DNA from: Anolis carolinensis
Taxonomy: Eukaryota
DNA: 64,000 bases
Reading direction: 5' to 3'
Assembly (NCBI RefSeq): GCF_035594765.1
Contig: NC_085843.1
Coordinates: 125,465,971-125,529,970 of the forward strand
The notes below the pieces were generated by a model. That model was not told the origin of the DNA. It searched no databases and saw nothing but the letters and a program-made list of their open reading frames with translations. Below are positions 23,684-36,176 of this stretch, piece by piece. Made by a program: the position numbers and the translations under genes. Positions within the stretch are counted from its first letter, which is position 1. The number at the start of each line of letters is the position of its first letter.

Positions 23684-26600
23684 CACCATATATAGCATTA
23701 GGAAAATGGATGGAGAGAAGTATTTTACTAGCATACTGCCATGCAGAGTCTGGAAGCACTGATTAGAAGCGACAATCTTACCAGTAATGTTACAACTTCC
23801 ATCATCCCCAGGCAACTGCAGTGTTGGTTGGAAATAGTGGGAGTTGTAGTCCAATGCATGTGGAAGGTATCTAGGTTGAGGAATGCTGCTATGTGCCTTT
23901 TTGATGCATACATACACCATGTTACATAAACAGATCTTTAGTGACCTGTAAGAATATGTCCACACAATCCCTCATGTCTAAAAACACTCTTCAGGGAACT
24001 CAGGAAACTCTGCCTATGATTCCACAATTTTTTTAAAAAAACACAAACATAAATTATATACAGGGTGTTGATGGGATGGGCCTCTGATTTTATTCCTTAT
24101 GCATCTGTGGCCACAAAGACCTATATATATACCCAGTAAAACCTAAGAGAAAAACTAAATTAGTTAGGAGAAAACTGTGTACTTCCACAGACACCCAATC
24201 TTTAAATACAGCAGCATTACTTCTAATAATAGCCCATTTGTTTAAAACGGCTTTAGTGGTAAGTGTCACTTAAGCATCCACACTTCATAATTGTTCCTTA
24301 TGACAACCCTTTGTAGCTTTCCCCCACCAACTGTGTTGCAAAACAGTAAATCCTAAAATGAGTCCCCAATATCTCTCTCTTTCCTTTTTCATTCATTCTC
24401 TTGGGCTTTGTTCAGCCTCCTTCACTGCATAATTGTATGTATCTTTTTGCCTGCCTGTATTATTTAAGCCGGAAAATGAATATCTCCGAGATCTCAAAAA
24501 TATCCTCTTTCCTCATTTAAGGATTAAGTTAGATTTTTTTTAAATAAAAAAGTATTCAATAACTTTTCTAAAGATACTGATCTGGAATAAAGGCACAAAA
24601 ACATACATTATAGTACAGTTTGTAACAATGAAAACCAATTCTAATTAAAAATTCTCTCTATACTTTAATCGTAGCTTTATCGGTGACCTGAAATAGGGGG
24701 AAAGTATCAAACAACCCCCTTTGAATTCTTATTCAACTGAATCCATGATAATCAATTTCATCTGTAAGTTCTCTGACTTCTAGAAAAGGCAAATTAAAAG
24801 AACAAAACAAAATGCAGATTTTCATTAAACAACTTCTCTCTTCAGGAGAATCCAAATTGAAACTGGTGGAGTTAAAATTAATATGAAAAAAATAATATTT
24901 AATTTCATTGTTCATTGACTAGGAACTAAGATGCATCTCATTTCAAAAATGAAGTGTAACACCAGATTTTTGATGGTGCCTTACATTAAAATTCTCCTGA
25001 TTTCCATTTTTAAAGTTTTAACATGGACCTGTAAAAAAATATAATCGGAAAACGCAATTTGGAATGAAATGCAGTGACAGGCTGCTTAAATAATGATTTT
25101 TCAGGACTTGGACATTCTTGGAAGGTTCTACATTGACAAAGAATGTGATGTCAATGAGTCTTTGCCAGACTAATTCTTGAAAAATGTGGAAAAACAGACA
25201 AGTAGTAACCTTCTATGTGTTTTCACTGCCTACAAGAGAGTAACAGGAGTGTAAATTGTCCTTCTCTTTACATTGGGAGGTACAATGCAGAGAGATCTTT
25301 GTGAGTCTGGCTCACTCCCTTAAGACTTTTGTGAATCATCTGATAAAGACTTAATGATTGTGACAGGATGTCTTCAATGTTAGGCTTACAAAACAGTCAC
25401 AAGCCCCGCAAGTCTTTTTGATAAACCCAATCGGCACTGATGTATTTCTCCACTCTGTCTAATTGGTGTAAAGTTTGCAGATCTGAGTCTCATATCTTTC
25501 ACCCAGCTTGCTGCGTCCTCTCCTTTGACACCGGGTCAAGGTTCACATTCGCATCCGATTATCAAAGTGGCATTCATTAAGCAGCGGCCTGCCTTGCACC
25601 AAAATGAGTTAGCTTGAAGGGAAGAAAGCTCGGCCCATTTACTCAGCAGATTTTAGCATTTTAAGGAGGCCCAAATGTCACACAGTATTGCTACGTTCTG
25701 AAGAGTTTCAGACATCTCCAGCTGATGATTAATTGTGAGTGATGGGAAATAAAATCCAGTAAAGCCAGCTGCTTGCCATGGTCGGCAAAATTACTATAAT
25801 GGATATAGGCTGCCAATTTTCCAGTTTTACTGGCAAGTCTTCCAAGTGTAATTAAGGGAAGTTATAAATGATATGGAAATCTATCAAGTCCCATTTATTT
25901 TCAGAGGACTCCTTCCCCCAGGGACTTTTATCTTCAAGCTTATAGTTTGCTTTGTTGTGCTAATGATTTCAGCCACTTCTTATTTCTATTAAAGCCCCCA
26001 ATATCCCATCATAAGAAGTTAGATCCACAGTTCTTATAATGGTTTAAAGAAACAGAAACCTCTTCAAAACTCACTGGCCTTTTATTTGGCCATTAAAAAA
26101 AGCGAAGGGGGCTTTGCTTACTTTCTGGAAACTTCCATTCAAAATGCCTTTTCAATTAGATGGAGGGACAGGGGGCTTTAAAAATGAGCAAGATTTTGAG
26201 AGAAGGAGATATGATTTGCCCACCTTTTTGAAAGAAAAATAAAATAAAATATCAGCACTGCGGGGGGAAAGTGAGCTTTGATGCGACACCCTTTAGCAGA
26301 GGGTGGTGTTGCTCACTAATGTCGTTTGATTTGGAATAAAAGCATGAAAATGATGTGCAAGGGCCTAAAATTGGAGAGGTAAAGGATGAGTGCACCATAT
26401 TCCATTTCTCAATTTCATCCTTCAGAACCACAAAATGGGGGGTTATACAGTTACTGGATGAGATTTATGGGAACAGCTGTGGTCCTCCCACACAAGGGAG
26501 GACCTTCTAATGGGGTACGGTCTGTTTGGAACAGACGGAGGAGAGTTACAAAACAAGGATCCCTATTAAGGATGAGCTCTCTAATATCCCTGGCGAAAGA

Positions 26601-29600
26601 ACAGAAGAGCAGTAGTCAGGCTGCCTTGAAGAAACCCTAAACTGCACATTTTTGCTGCTTCAAGGGCCCATGCGCTCAGAACCTGGAGCTATTTTGAAAA
26701 ATGCAAACTGTTCACAAATGGCAGGATGCAAATGCAGGAGAATCCCCCCCCCCCACCCTGCCCCTCTCCAGCTACTGTAAAGAATACACAGGAATCAGTG
26801 CCAGTGACATATGGCTTTCTACTGGGCTAAACATTCATACAAAAGACAGGTTCATCAGTCATTGGCGGATCTGATTTTAAAAAAAACATTCAAAAATTAG
26901 CTCCTGATGGATGTTGTTTAGAGCTTACCTGCTGCTAATACATTACTGGGGCTAGAAACCCTCATGACACTGGAACGGCAGACCATGAAATACAGGGCCT
27001 GCAGAACATACCAGGTTTGCCAGCTTATCCAAAATAATAAATAAGCGATTTAAACCCTGTGCCTGAGACTGGGCCCGCTGCAAGGAACCCTGGGTCAGTC
27101 CTACCCAGGCCAATTAATGCACAGCATCTGCTGCACAGAAGCCGGGCACGAAGCACTTCCGAATGATTTCAGCAATTAAAAGAAAACTGTTTCCTGCCTG
27201 TTCCGACAGCAACTGTTTCAATGCAAGAGTGAGCATCAAATCATTGTGTGCGGCTGAAAAAATTAAGCTTCTTTTTTTTTGCAGTTGGAAAAGAAGGAGG
27301 AGGGTGGGTGGAAATTTCTTACGGTATCGGATCGTTCTTTTGTTGCCCGACATTGTGTTTTTCTGCCAAATTAGACAGAAGGACTCCGAGGACTTGCAAG
27401 GCCCTCTCTACTATATCACCTTCTGGTGCACTGGGGCTCCCTAAAAAGCAAGATCAATATCAACCCCGCTGACTTGCCTACAAAAGTAAAAAACCATCAA
27501 CCCCATTTTTAACAGATCTTTATATTTTTGCACACAGGTGCTTGAATAAAAATGCATATGAAAGATTCAAGTGTCTGGACATGGGTGAAGGGAGGGGAAA
27601 AAATCATGAATAACTTTAAGCAAAAATCCCCAAATGAACAAACGTGGGGACAAAGTGACAGGAAACAAAAGCTATCTTTATCTGAGACACCATTAGAGTC
27701 TTATTTTATTACTGCTTCTGAACTCAAGGAAAAGTGGAAAAGAAAGTCCTTGATATTCATATAGAATATGATTTAAATAACTTATCTAAATGCTAACTAG
27801 TAGTATTGTTACAACCTGATGGCGAACTGAGATGATAGGGTCATCAGTGATTGGGCTGAACATGCCTATGAGCCGGGAAAAATGGCGAGAAAAGCATGTG
27901 ACTCAACACCCGACATGAAGCATCCATTGTACATTGGTCTTGATGCTACATGTAGATCCCCCTCTCCTCCCAAGCGGTTGAATTGTTTTGGCTATTGCTC
28001 ATCCTTGAGGTTCTCCCTATCTCTGTGACTTGTTGGCGTCAGACACCTATGTAGAAAACAAAATCAGGAGGAACCGGAGTCTTGACATTGTCCAAATCTG
28101 TGTAAAATAATTAGTGCCGTTTCCCCCTTCCACCCAAATTAATTTTGAAATGGGAGCTACAGAGTTGAAAATATAATTAGCGGCAATTAACAGTACTTGA
28201 CAGATGATTATTAAACTTTTTACGCCACACTCCTTTAAAGAATGAATTTCGGTAGAGCGCATCCCAGCTTTTCTGACCCTTGATTAACTAGAGGTCAGTG
28301 ACGTTCCCCTGACAGCAATAAGCACCAATCATTGTACCCCCACTTATCCACAACAGAAGTGCTCCCAGAGGTTCAAGAAATGTCCAGATTTCCCTTTGGG
28401 ATTGGGGCAAGGTTGACAGCCAAAGGGGGGCAAAGACGTTAGTTTAGAAATATTTTGAGATCGTTGAGAAATGTTCATAAGGGAAGTTAGCATATATCTT
28501 ACAAATATGAAACAAAAATGTCATTGTTTCGTCAGCATATGAAACTAAAAGAAAGAAAGCCTACAATTCTGCATTTAGAGGAATGTTGTGTTAAATCCAA
28601 CAACTCAAGTGGAAGGAGGTGGAAGTCACCCAACACCCATATAAACATCTCTAAAAACAAGGTGTGTCTCAAAATCATGGATTGTGTGTGTGTGTGTGTA
28701 TTTCTGTTGGTGATACTGAAATTAGTGTGCATCTTACAATCACACTTTTTTTAAGGCATCAGCACCATTTTCTTTTTCTAAAGTGTTAGTGTGACAGGTG
28801 ACTATGTGTACATAAAGTTAACACCAAACCAGAATATCATTAGAAATGCTAACCCTTTTCTTCAACAAAGGGCTACAGTAAAATAAAGGAGAAAACCGTG
28901 GGTTGTTTACACAAGAGTGACAAGTGCAGCTAATCAATATTTGATGCCCATTAAATTATATCACAAAACTACGTAAAAGGCGTTTTTTTGAAAGTGTGAC
29001 TTCATTAACTACTATTTTCCTAGGCTTTCATTGTTTTACAAAGCATTACTAATTAACAGAGGCCATAGAATTTATTTCAGACTTTTAAGAGCTGAACAGC
29101 AAGTCAGGTGTTAAAAGAAAAGGGAGGAGGTTACAAGCAACAAGTAGTATATTAAAAATATAACCTTACATTTTACAAGAAATTGCAGCCTCCTGCGGTG
29201 AGCTTAGTGAAGTGAGGGAAAGAGAGAGGATTGTAAGGTGTTTTTCGGTTTGCTACATTTGAGCATTTTGAAAGACAGAACAATGGCTGGACATTATCTG
29301 TAATCCCAGCAAGACGTTTTTCCCTAGGCTTTTAAAATTGGGTGTTTTGGAGCAGAGAGGTATTGGTCTAAAATTAAATAATTCTGAAAACAGACACCTA
29401 TCACTTAACTAGCAAAATACTTCAATTTTCCTTTGACATAACATGGAAGAAATCTCCTATGTTTTGTTTCGGAAAGAAACCTATTACTGCAACATTATCA
29501 AGCATATCAAGTCAAACACTTTATTTGAGCAATTTCTGAATTAAGAATTGTCTCTAAACCACTACAATTTTACTCCAATATGCCAGGTACTGTTTGGCAT

Positions 29601-29712
29601 AATGAAATGCCTTTTTCTTTTATTTTAAATTTAAAAGAGAGAAAGAGAAATTGAAGTTTAAATGTACATTAAAAGTAAATGGAAAAATAACATTAAAAAT
29701 ATCTAGTTCACA

Positions 29713-30005
29713 TTTTTTTCCGTGTCAGGAGCAGCTTGAGAAACTGCAAGTCACTTCTGGTGTGAGAGAATTGGCCATCTGCAAGGATGTTGCCCAGGGG
29801 ACACCTGGATGTTTTGATGTTTTTACCATCCTTGTGGGAGGCTTCTCTCATGTCCCCGCATGAGGATCTGGAGCTGATAGAGGGAGCTCATCCGTGCTCT
29901 CCCCGGGTTGAATTAGAACCAGCAACCTTCAGGTCAGCAACCCAACCTTCAAGTCAGCAGTCCGCCGGCACAAGGGTTTAACCCACCGTGCCACCGGGGG
30001 CTCCA
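29713..30005 (-). mobile_element. Anolis SINE2-like tRNA-derived SINE
   Basis: Sauria-like head with a different body, A-rich tail, TSD AGTTCACA (29705 and 30006). Partial copy at 45507. Confidence 0.82.
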
Positions 30006-31773
30006 AGTTCACACTGTAAGCCCTATTTGTAATTGCATTTTAAAAATCAGATCCCCTAGTAATATTTTGATTTATGTATTTATACAAGAATGTAAATTGA
30101 TGTGTCTATTCCAGAGAAATCAATTATTGATTTATTTCAAGTTTATTGATGTTAATAATAATTGGCTAGTAATTTTAGCAATTTTCACTACAGAAAAAGT
30201 GCAGTACCTCATGGGAAAAGATCATGTTTATTATCAGGAAGCCCATGATTTTCTATAACAGGAACCACTCAGCATAAAATACATTGAAGAACTAGGTGGA
30301 AAGCTATGAAGATATTATAGAGGCCTCTTCACACAACTTCCATTTTATTCCTGCCATATAATTCTATATCCCGCAACACAGAGCACCATTTTATTTGCTC
30401 ATGAGCACATTTTTGCTGACTCTTAACTAAGTTTTCTTCCTCACTCACCATGGCATACCACAAAGCAGCATGTTAGTAAAGCTTGGAAATTATTTATTTC
30501 AAAAATTCCTTCAATGAAGCAAAAGAACTGGAAAACTTTGGGAAAGTCTATGAATTTAATACATATCATTGGATAACTGTAATTTCCAAACAATTGCTCT
30601 AAAAAGGATGATCATCCTTAACAAGACCAAAGTGGGTGAATATTCTGTCTCTAGGCAATCTGTTTTATAAAACACATCCCTCATAGACTTTGTACCTGAA
30701 TTTCCTTTTGGTCTTATTGTTAAAATGGAATGTCACTAGAAACAGAATTAAAATCAAAGTGCATAAACATGAATCTAACAAAATGGAATGCTGTGTATGA
30801 TGAACTAAAATAATAGTCTTGAAAACTGCTTTTAGTCCACGAATATGTTACTTAATGTTTGTTTGTTTAATATTGCCCATCCTTGGAAGCACCAAAAGGG
30901 TATTTCAATGTCAATTAAAGATGTGTCCTACCAGTATTACTCAAACTATGGGGAAAAGTGGCACTTGCACACATACAAAGGTCAGGTGAAATCACAAAAT
31001 CACAAAATGAGATTGTCTGTTCCTAATAGAAAACATCAGAGTTTAATACTCCGAGATGATGATCTACTTCTGTACAACTGGTCATGAACTAAAATGAATG
31101 GCAGCAGATGGTAATGTGCATTCCTATCAAAAGATACATTCTGCCAGTTCAACAGGATTGGATTAGCATCCAGATGTACATAAGCTGTGCACAGGGATCA
31201 GCGTGCATAGTCTGTTTTCCTTCTTGTCCTGGTTTTACAAACTCTAAAAGAGTGAGTTTTGTTAATTACATAACAAAATATTCTCAGTCTTAGCATCTAA
31301 CACCGTAATTCAAAACATATTCAGCTAGCCCAATGGAACTCTGGGTTTGATCCCGTGTCATTTTCTTCTATGTCAAAACACATTTGGTGAGGCAACTATC
31401 TAAAGATAATGTTGGGCTTTTACTTGAAGGACAACAAACCACCTCCACATATGATGAGAACATTAAACTGGGATCAAGGAAATGCTCCAGATGTGTACAC
31501 ATTGAAATGCTTAGACAGTCATTTCTACAAAGAAGACGTATGAAAAACTTGTTCACACTGAAGTCTCCTTGCAATCAAAACTCAGGTTCTCTATATCCAG
31601 CTGTATAAAAGCCAATATGTAGCCAGCAGCTCAAAAGTGTGGTATCTTGCTACCCCAGTCCATCTGAATGAATAGATGGGTACAAGCTGAGAAAGCAAGG
31701 CAGTCTTGCTCCCAGTAATGAGCTATTGCTTCCTTCACATGATACATACATTACCCGAAACATTCTTCTACAT

Positions 31774-31878
31774 CAGAGATTCTCAAACTGTGCTTCTCCA
31801 TATGTTTTGGCAAACTGGCTGGGATTTCTAGGAGCTGAAGTCCAAAACATCTATAGGAGCAGAGTTTGAGAAACACAG
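31774..31878. mobile_element. Small hAT MITE
   Basis: Inverted ends; 8-bp TSD ttctacat / ttctagat. Confidence 0.75.
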
Positions 31879-32109
31879 TTCTAGATGGTCTAAAATTGTT
31901 TCTAGGGATCCCATCAATTATACAGAAATAAATTCTATATATTTCAGTAAAATGTGATGGCTGCATTCTGTCTATAAATTATGAGCTCCAAATTCCTATT
32001 ATTTGAGTGCAACTAGCCACTGTGTAATTTAAGCGGAACAGCGTTCTTTCAACTAAACATATTGGCCTAAATTCAACTTCTAGTACCAGTCAGAATCAAA
32101 ATAATTTTA

Positions 32110-32310
32110 CATGTGCTTCAAGTCTTCTATGGTGACCCCATGAATTGCATAGGGCTTCCTCAGGCAAGAAATACTCAGGAATGGATTTGCCAGTTCCTTC
32201 CTCTGAAAAGTAACCTACAGCATCTTTGGTGGTCTTCCATCCAAGGATAGACCAGGGTGATCCTGCTTAGATTCCAAGCTCAAAAGAAATCTGATGCCTT
32301 TAGGGTATTT
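32110..32310 (-). mobile_element. 5S rRNA-headed SINE with an RTE/Bov-B-type tail (5S-Sauria-like), degenerate
   Basis: Minus strand ggaatctaagcaggatcaccctggtctatccttggatggaagacc..tgctgtagg aligns by eye to the 5S rRNA internal control region. Confidence 0.72.
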
Positions 32311-35117
32311 AGGAATAACTGCTGCAAAATTGCTGATTTATCATTCTGATTCACTGATTCACTTTAGCTGGGACTAGTCATTGGATTATGCTATATTTTC
32401 ACATTGGTGCGTTGAAGTGCCCCATACTTTTCAGCTCCAAAATAAACATGACATGAAAATCATCACTATGCAACAGGCCACAAAGTTTTCTTATTGGTGT
32501 TAAGCACACAATGTAATTTTTCAAAAATAAAAAAACATGCAAAAGCATATTGCCAAATAACAACACACACTTCAGACAAACAGACCACAAGGAAAATAAT
32601 TGAGTAAAAATCAATGTAAGATGTTAGAAAGCAAGCACAGACATAATATTTACCCAGGCAAACATAATCATTCCACAGTCTAAAAATCTGGCCATATTCA
32701 AACAAAAATGGTCAATCATTCTTTATACACAAACATCCCAATGTATTTCTTTTTTTTAAATTAAAATACATTCCGGAAAATCATAAATCTTTGTGACACT
32801 ATGTAATAATGCTTAACCCTGCTTCTCCAGATTATCATGCAGTAAAATTTACCAAAGTTTATGCAGACAAAATTGGTGGTATATCCTAAGTTTTAGTATA
32901 GCCTTCAACTCAAAATGTTTTTACCATTTCCCAGTAATATTGTTTCACAGGCTCATTATATTATTAACTGGTAAATACTCTAGAAAATACAAAGGGTACT
33001 TAAGTACTCCTTAGGCTGCCTGAAATGTAGAGGGAAAAACACTAAATCAGGACACATTCAAACACTGGGACAAAAAGAAAAAAAAACCCCTGAATGTATA
33101 AGAGTTCCCTTCCCTTGTTCTTTGAGGCTTTGAACCGCATCGGTAATGATCCTTCTCCTGATGGACAGCCAAAACATGTAAGCTGCATTGCACCATCTCG
33201 CCGCTTATTCAGTCTGGATGGCTGATACAACCTCATCTCCTTTCAAAAAAACTTTTTAACATCAGTCCTGGAAAGGAAGGATTTACGCTAAACTCCCTTT
33301 CAACGCCACAAACGTGTTTTTGCAATTAAAGCTGCCCAATTACCATTGACAAGTCCAAGTCGGCAGAACATAAGCCTGGGCTGTTCAAATGCTCTGCCTC
33401 TTCGTGCTTCTTGCAAAAACCCACAGGCAGCGAGAAACAGGGGCAGCGGCGGGAGGAGAGAGCAAAATCTTGTCTTGTTACTAAACAACTTGTTTGGTTT
33501 TGGGCTGCACTTCTTTTGGGATGTTTTATTGTATGGAAAGAATGTTTTCCCCATTTTAATTTTTTGGCTGAAGGGTCAAGCTTCTTGCGGGCCGTTCTGC
33601 TTCTTCATGTACACAAAACACACACCAGAAACATATTAAAAGAGACACTATAGCATCTTATGATTTTCAATCTACCTTAATATGATGAAAATAAAATACA
33701 TTTTGTAAAAGTGAACGGTTCTGTCCTAAAAATATTTTTCTCTTTCTCTCTCTCTCTTTCTCACCCTCTCTCACAAATACAAACATATATTTGTTTAATG
33801 TTTCTGCATGAAGGAATAGTAGGATTCATTCTCCAATGACACAAAGGAACTAGCATTCAGTAATCAGTTTACAATCCGCAACTTGTGAAATAGTTTATGA
33901 AAGCTATTAGGCAAAACATTTCACAATTTGTTCTGGGTTAAACTCAAGTGTAAAAAAAACCCTGTTCACTCAACAAATTTCTTTTCCCTTGCATGTTGAT
34001 TAGTTTGCGATTTCAACTGAAGCAACATGGTTCAGATGTTGCGTATATATTTTTTAAATATTCAAATTTACCTTAAATAATATCTGTCCCCCTTTGCTGG
34101 AGTATTCCATCTAGTAACACAATGGGAGAAGAGAGACCTGGGAGTAAACAAACTATGTGTATCAGCATACTGTCCATTCATAGTAAGCCAACACAAGATG
34201 GGAATTCTGACTTACTGTTCTGTATGAACAAAGTCATTATGTTCACAGAGGTAAATATTAGGGGTCCAGTTTTGATTAGTTTAATTGGTGCATTTAGTGG
34301 GGTAATTTATATGGCCAATTGTAATCAGTGGTCATACTTTTAAAAACAGAAGATTGTTATTTATTTGGGATGTTTTTATAAGCTGAATTAATATGGCTTT
34401 TGCCTGTGCTAATGTAAAAACTGAGAGAAGTGTGATTGATTCCTTTTTTAAAATACTAGGAGTGAGCCGCTTAAATATTCATTATAAAAGGGGAAAGTGT
34501 TTTTTATTATTATTGATATAAAATGTTTCTTGCTAATATCTTTAGAAGATACCACACCACCTGAATAAATTTGTTTTCTACTGGCTGAAAAAGATTATTC
34601 ACACCACCACAATGATTTCCATTCAATATTTCTCTAAACATTAGCTGTGGGTGATTTTGTTAGCCTGCAAAATCTCAAAAGAAGCTGATCGGTATTTTCA
34701 AGAGTAACCAGAGTGTGGAGAACTTGCCACCACGAATACTAGCAACCACAAATCACAGCCAGAGCTCTCTGTTACATGTAGGACATTTGCATCCCCTTGT
34801 TCACAACCATACATTTTTCAGCAAACAGGAAAATCATCTTAAATAAAACTTAAAATATTCCAGAACTGCCCTGATATTTATTATTTGTTTTGTTTTGTTT
34901 CATATCATGCCTTTCTCCAGGAAATTGGATAGTTTTGTATAAATTTAAAAAACAATTTAGTAATTCTATTAAAAGCACAAAGTTTCATATTTTTATTCAT
35001 GCATGCATTCATTCAATTTTTACCACCTCTTCCTCCCACCATAGGCCCAAGTTAAAACAGCTTAAAACGTATTCTAACACCTGTCAGGAGTAACAGTACA
35101 AGAAGAAAATGCTTTAC

Positions 35118-35258
35118 CATGTCTCCTGGTTTTACAGAAACTGCCACCACCGCTCCAGGCATTGGTGACCTCACAATGCTGCTGGTATCTTCCACCACTT
35201 TTTCTGGCATGTATTTGCTCAGTTCTGCAGCAAGTTTGGTCAGGATATGTAACTTGTA
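35118..35258 (-). CDS. PCCA: PCCA third-from-last coding exon (141 bp)
   Basis: Minus strand reads cag|TAC...ATG|gtaaag. Translates to [47 protein letters not shown], the start of the biotinyl domain (RSPMPG motif). Phase 0 at both ends. Confidence 0.96.
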
Positions 35259-35360
35259 CTGGGAGCAAGGGAGGAGAGAATGGAGAAAAATGTTACAAAA
35301 TCAAATAATATCAAATAATATGTAAATGATATGACTAATCAAATAGACACCAGGCATATA

Positions 35361-35694
35361 CAGGCTGAGTTTGTATCATCCAATATGCTAGGGACCAGAT
35401 GTGTTCTGTATTTCAGACTTTTTTGGATTTTGGAATATTTCTAAATGCATAGTAAAGTATCTTGGAGATGGGACACAAAACAAAACATAAAATTAATTTA
35501 TGTTTTATATGAGTCGTATACTTGAAGGTAATTTTATACAATAGTTCAAAAATAGGTTTTTTTACATGAAACAAAGTTTATGTACATTCAAACTTCAGAA
35601 AGCAAAGGTATCACTATCTTGGCCACTCCTGCAGACAATTTTGGATTTGGATCATTTCAGATTTTGGAATTTCAAATAACAGATTCTCAACCTG
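35361..35694. mobile_element. Tigger/pogo-like MITE
   Basis: TA-flanked caggctgag / ctcaacctg ends; related to 5187-5486. Confidence 0.7.
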
Positions 35695-36117
35695 TAAAAC
35701 ATTCTACGCTTTCACATTTTTATCTGATATAGGTTTTGTATTTGTATGTGACTTAAAAACGTGCTTTCTTGCTTGTAATTATTGATATTTTTAAAAAAGA
35801 AAACGAGTATGGGTAATGCACATATCTGCTGAAACTCAGTTAAAAGCAGTGTTGTGTTATTTTGTAAGGTACAAAATAAAATAAAAAAATTAATATATTA
35901 ATTATATTAATATTAATATTAATTAATTAATTAATAATTAATATATAACTATTATATTTCTCCTTACCAAGAATTATACACTTTAAAAAAAAAAGGAAAA
36001 TAAGACCAACACTATGGTATTCTACTAAAAAAGATCTGTAGTGTTTTTGCAATGTTTATGTGTTTAATTATTCCGTAACCCATCACGAGCCATGTGAAGA
36101 AGCAAGTACAAAATAAA

Positions 36118-36167
<50 letters not shown>

Positions 36168-36176
36168 TACTACTAC
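36118..36176. repeat. (ATT)n(ACT)n microsatellite
   Basis: Direct reading. Confidence 0.9.

Noticed and set aside
23493-23762. Recurrent 'MERRYLPAGAVPID' ORFs (also 3272-3469 and 62488-62820; related frame at 46725-46940) resembling a gene family
   Set aside because: They are antisense readings of Sauria SINE copies.
32215-32310. Functional 5S rRNA gene
   Set aside because: Heavily diverged, has deletions, and is fused to a SINE tail.
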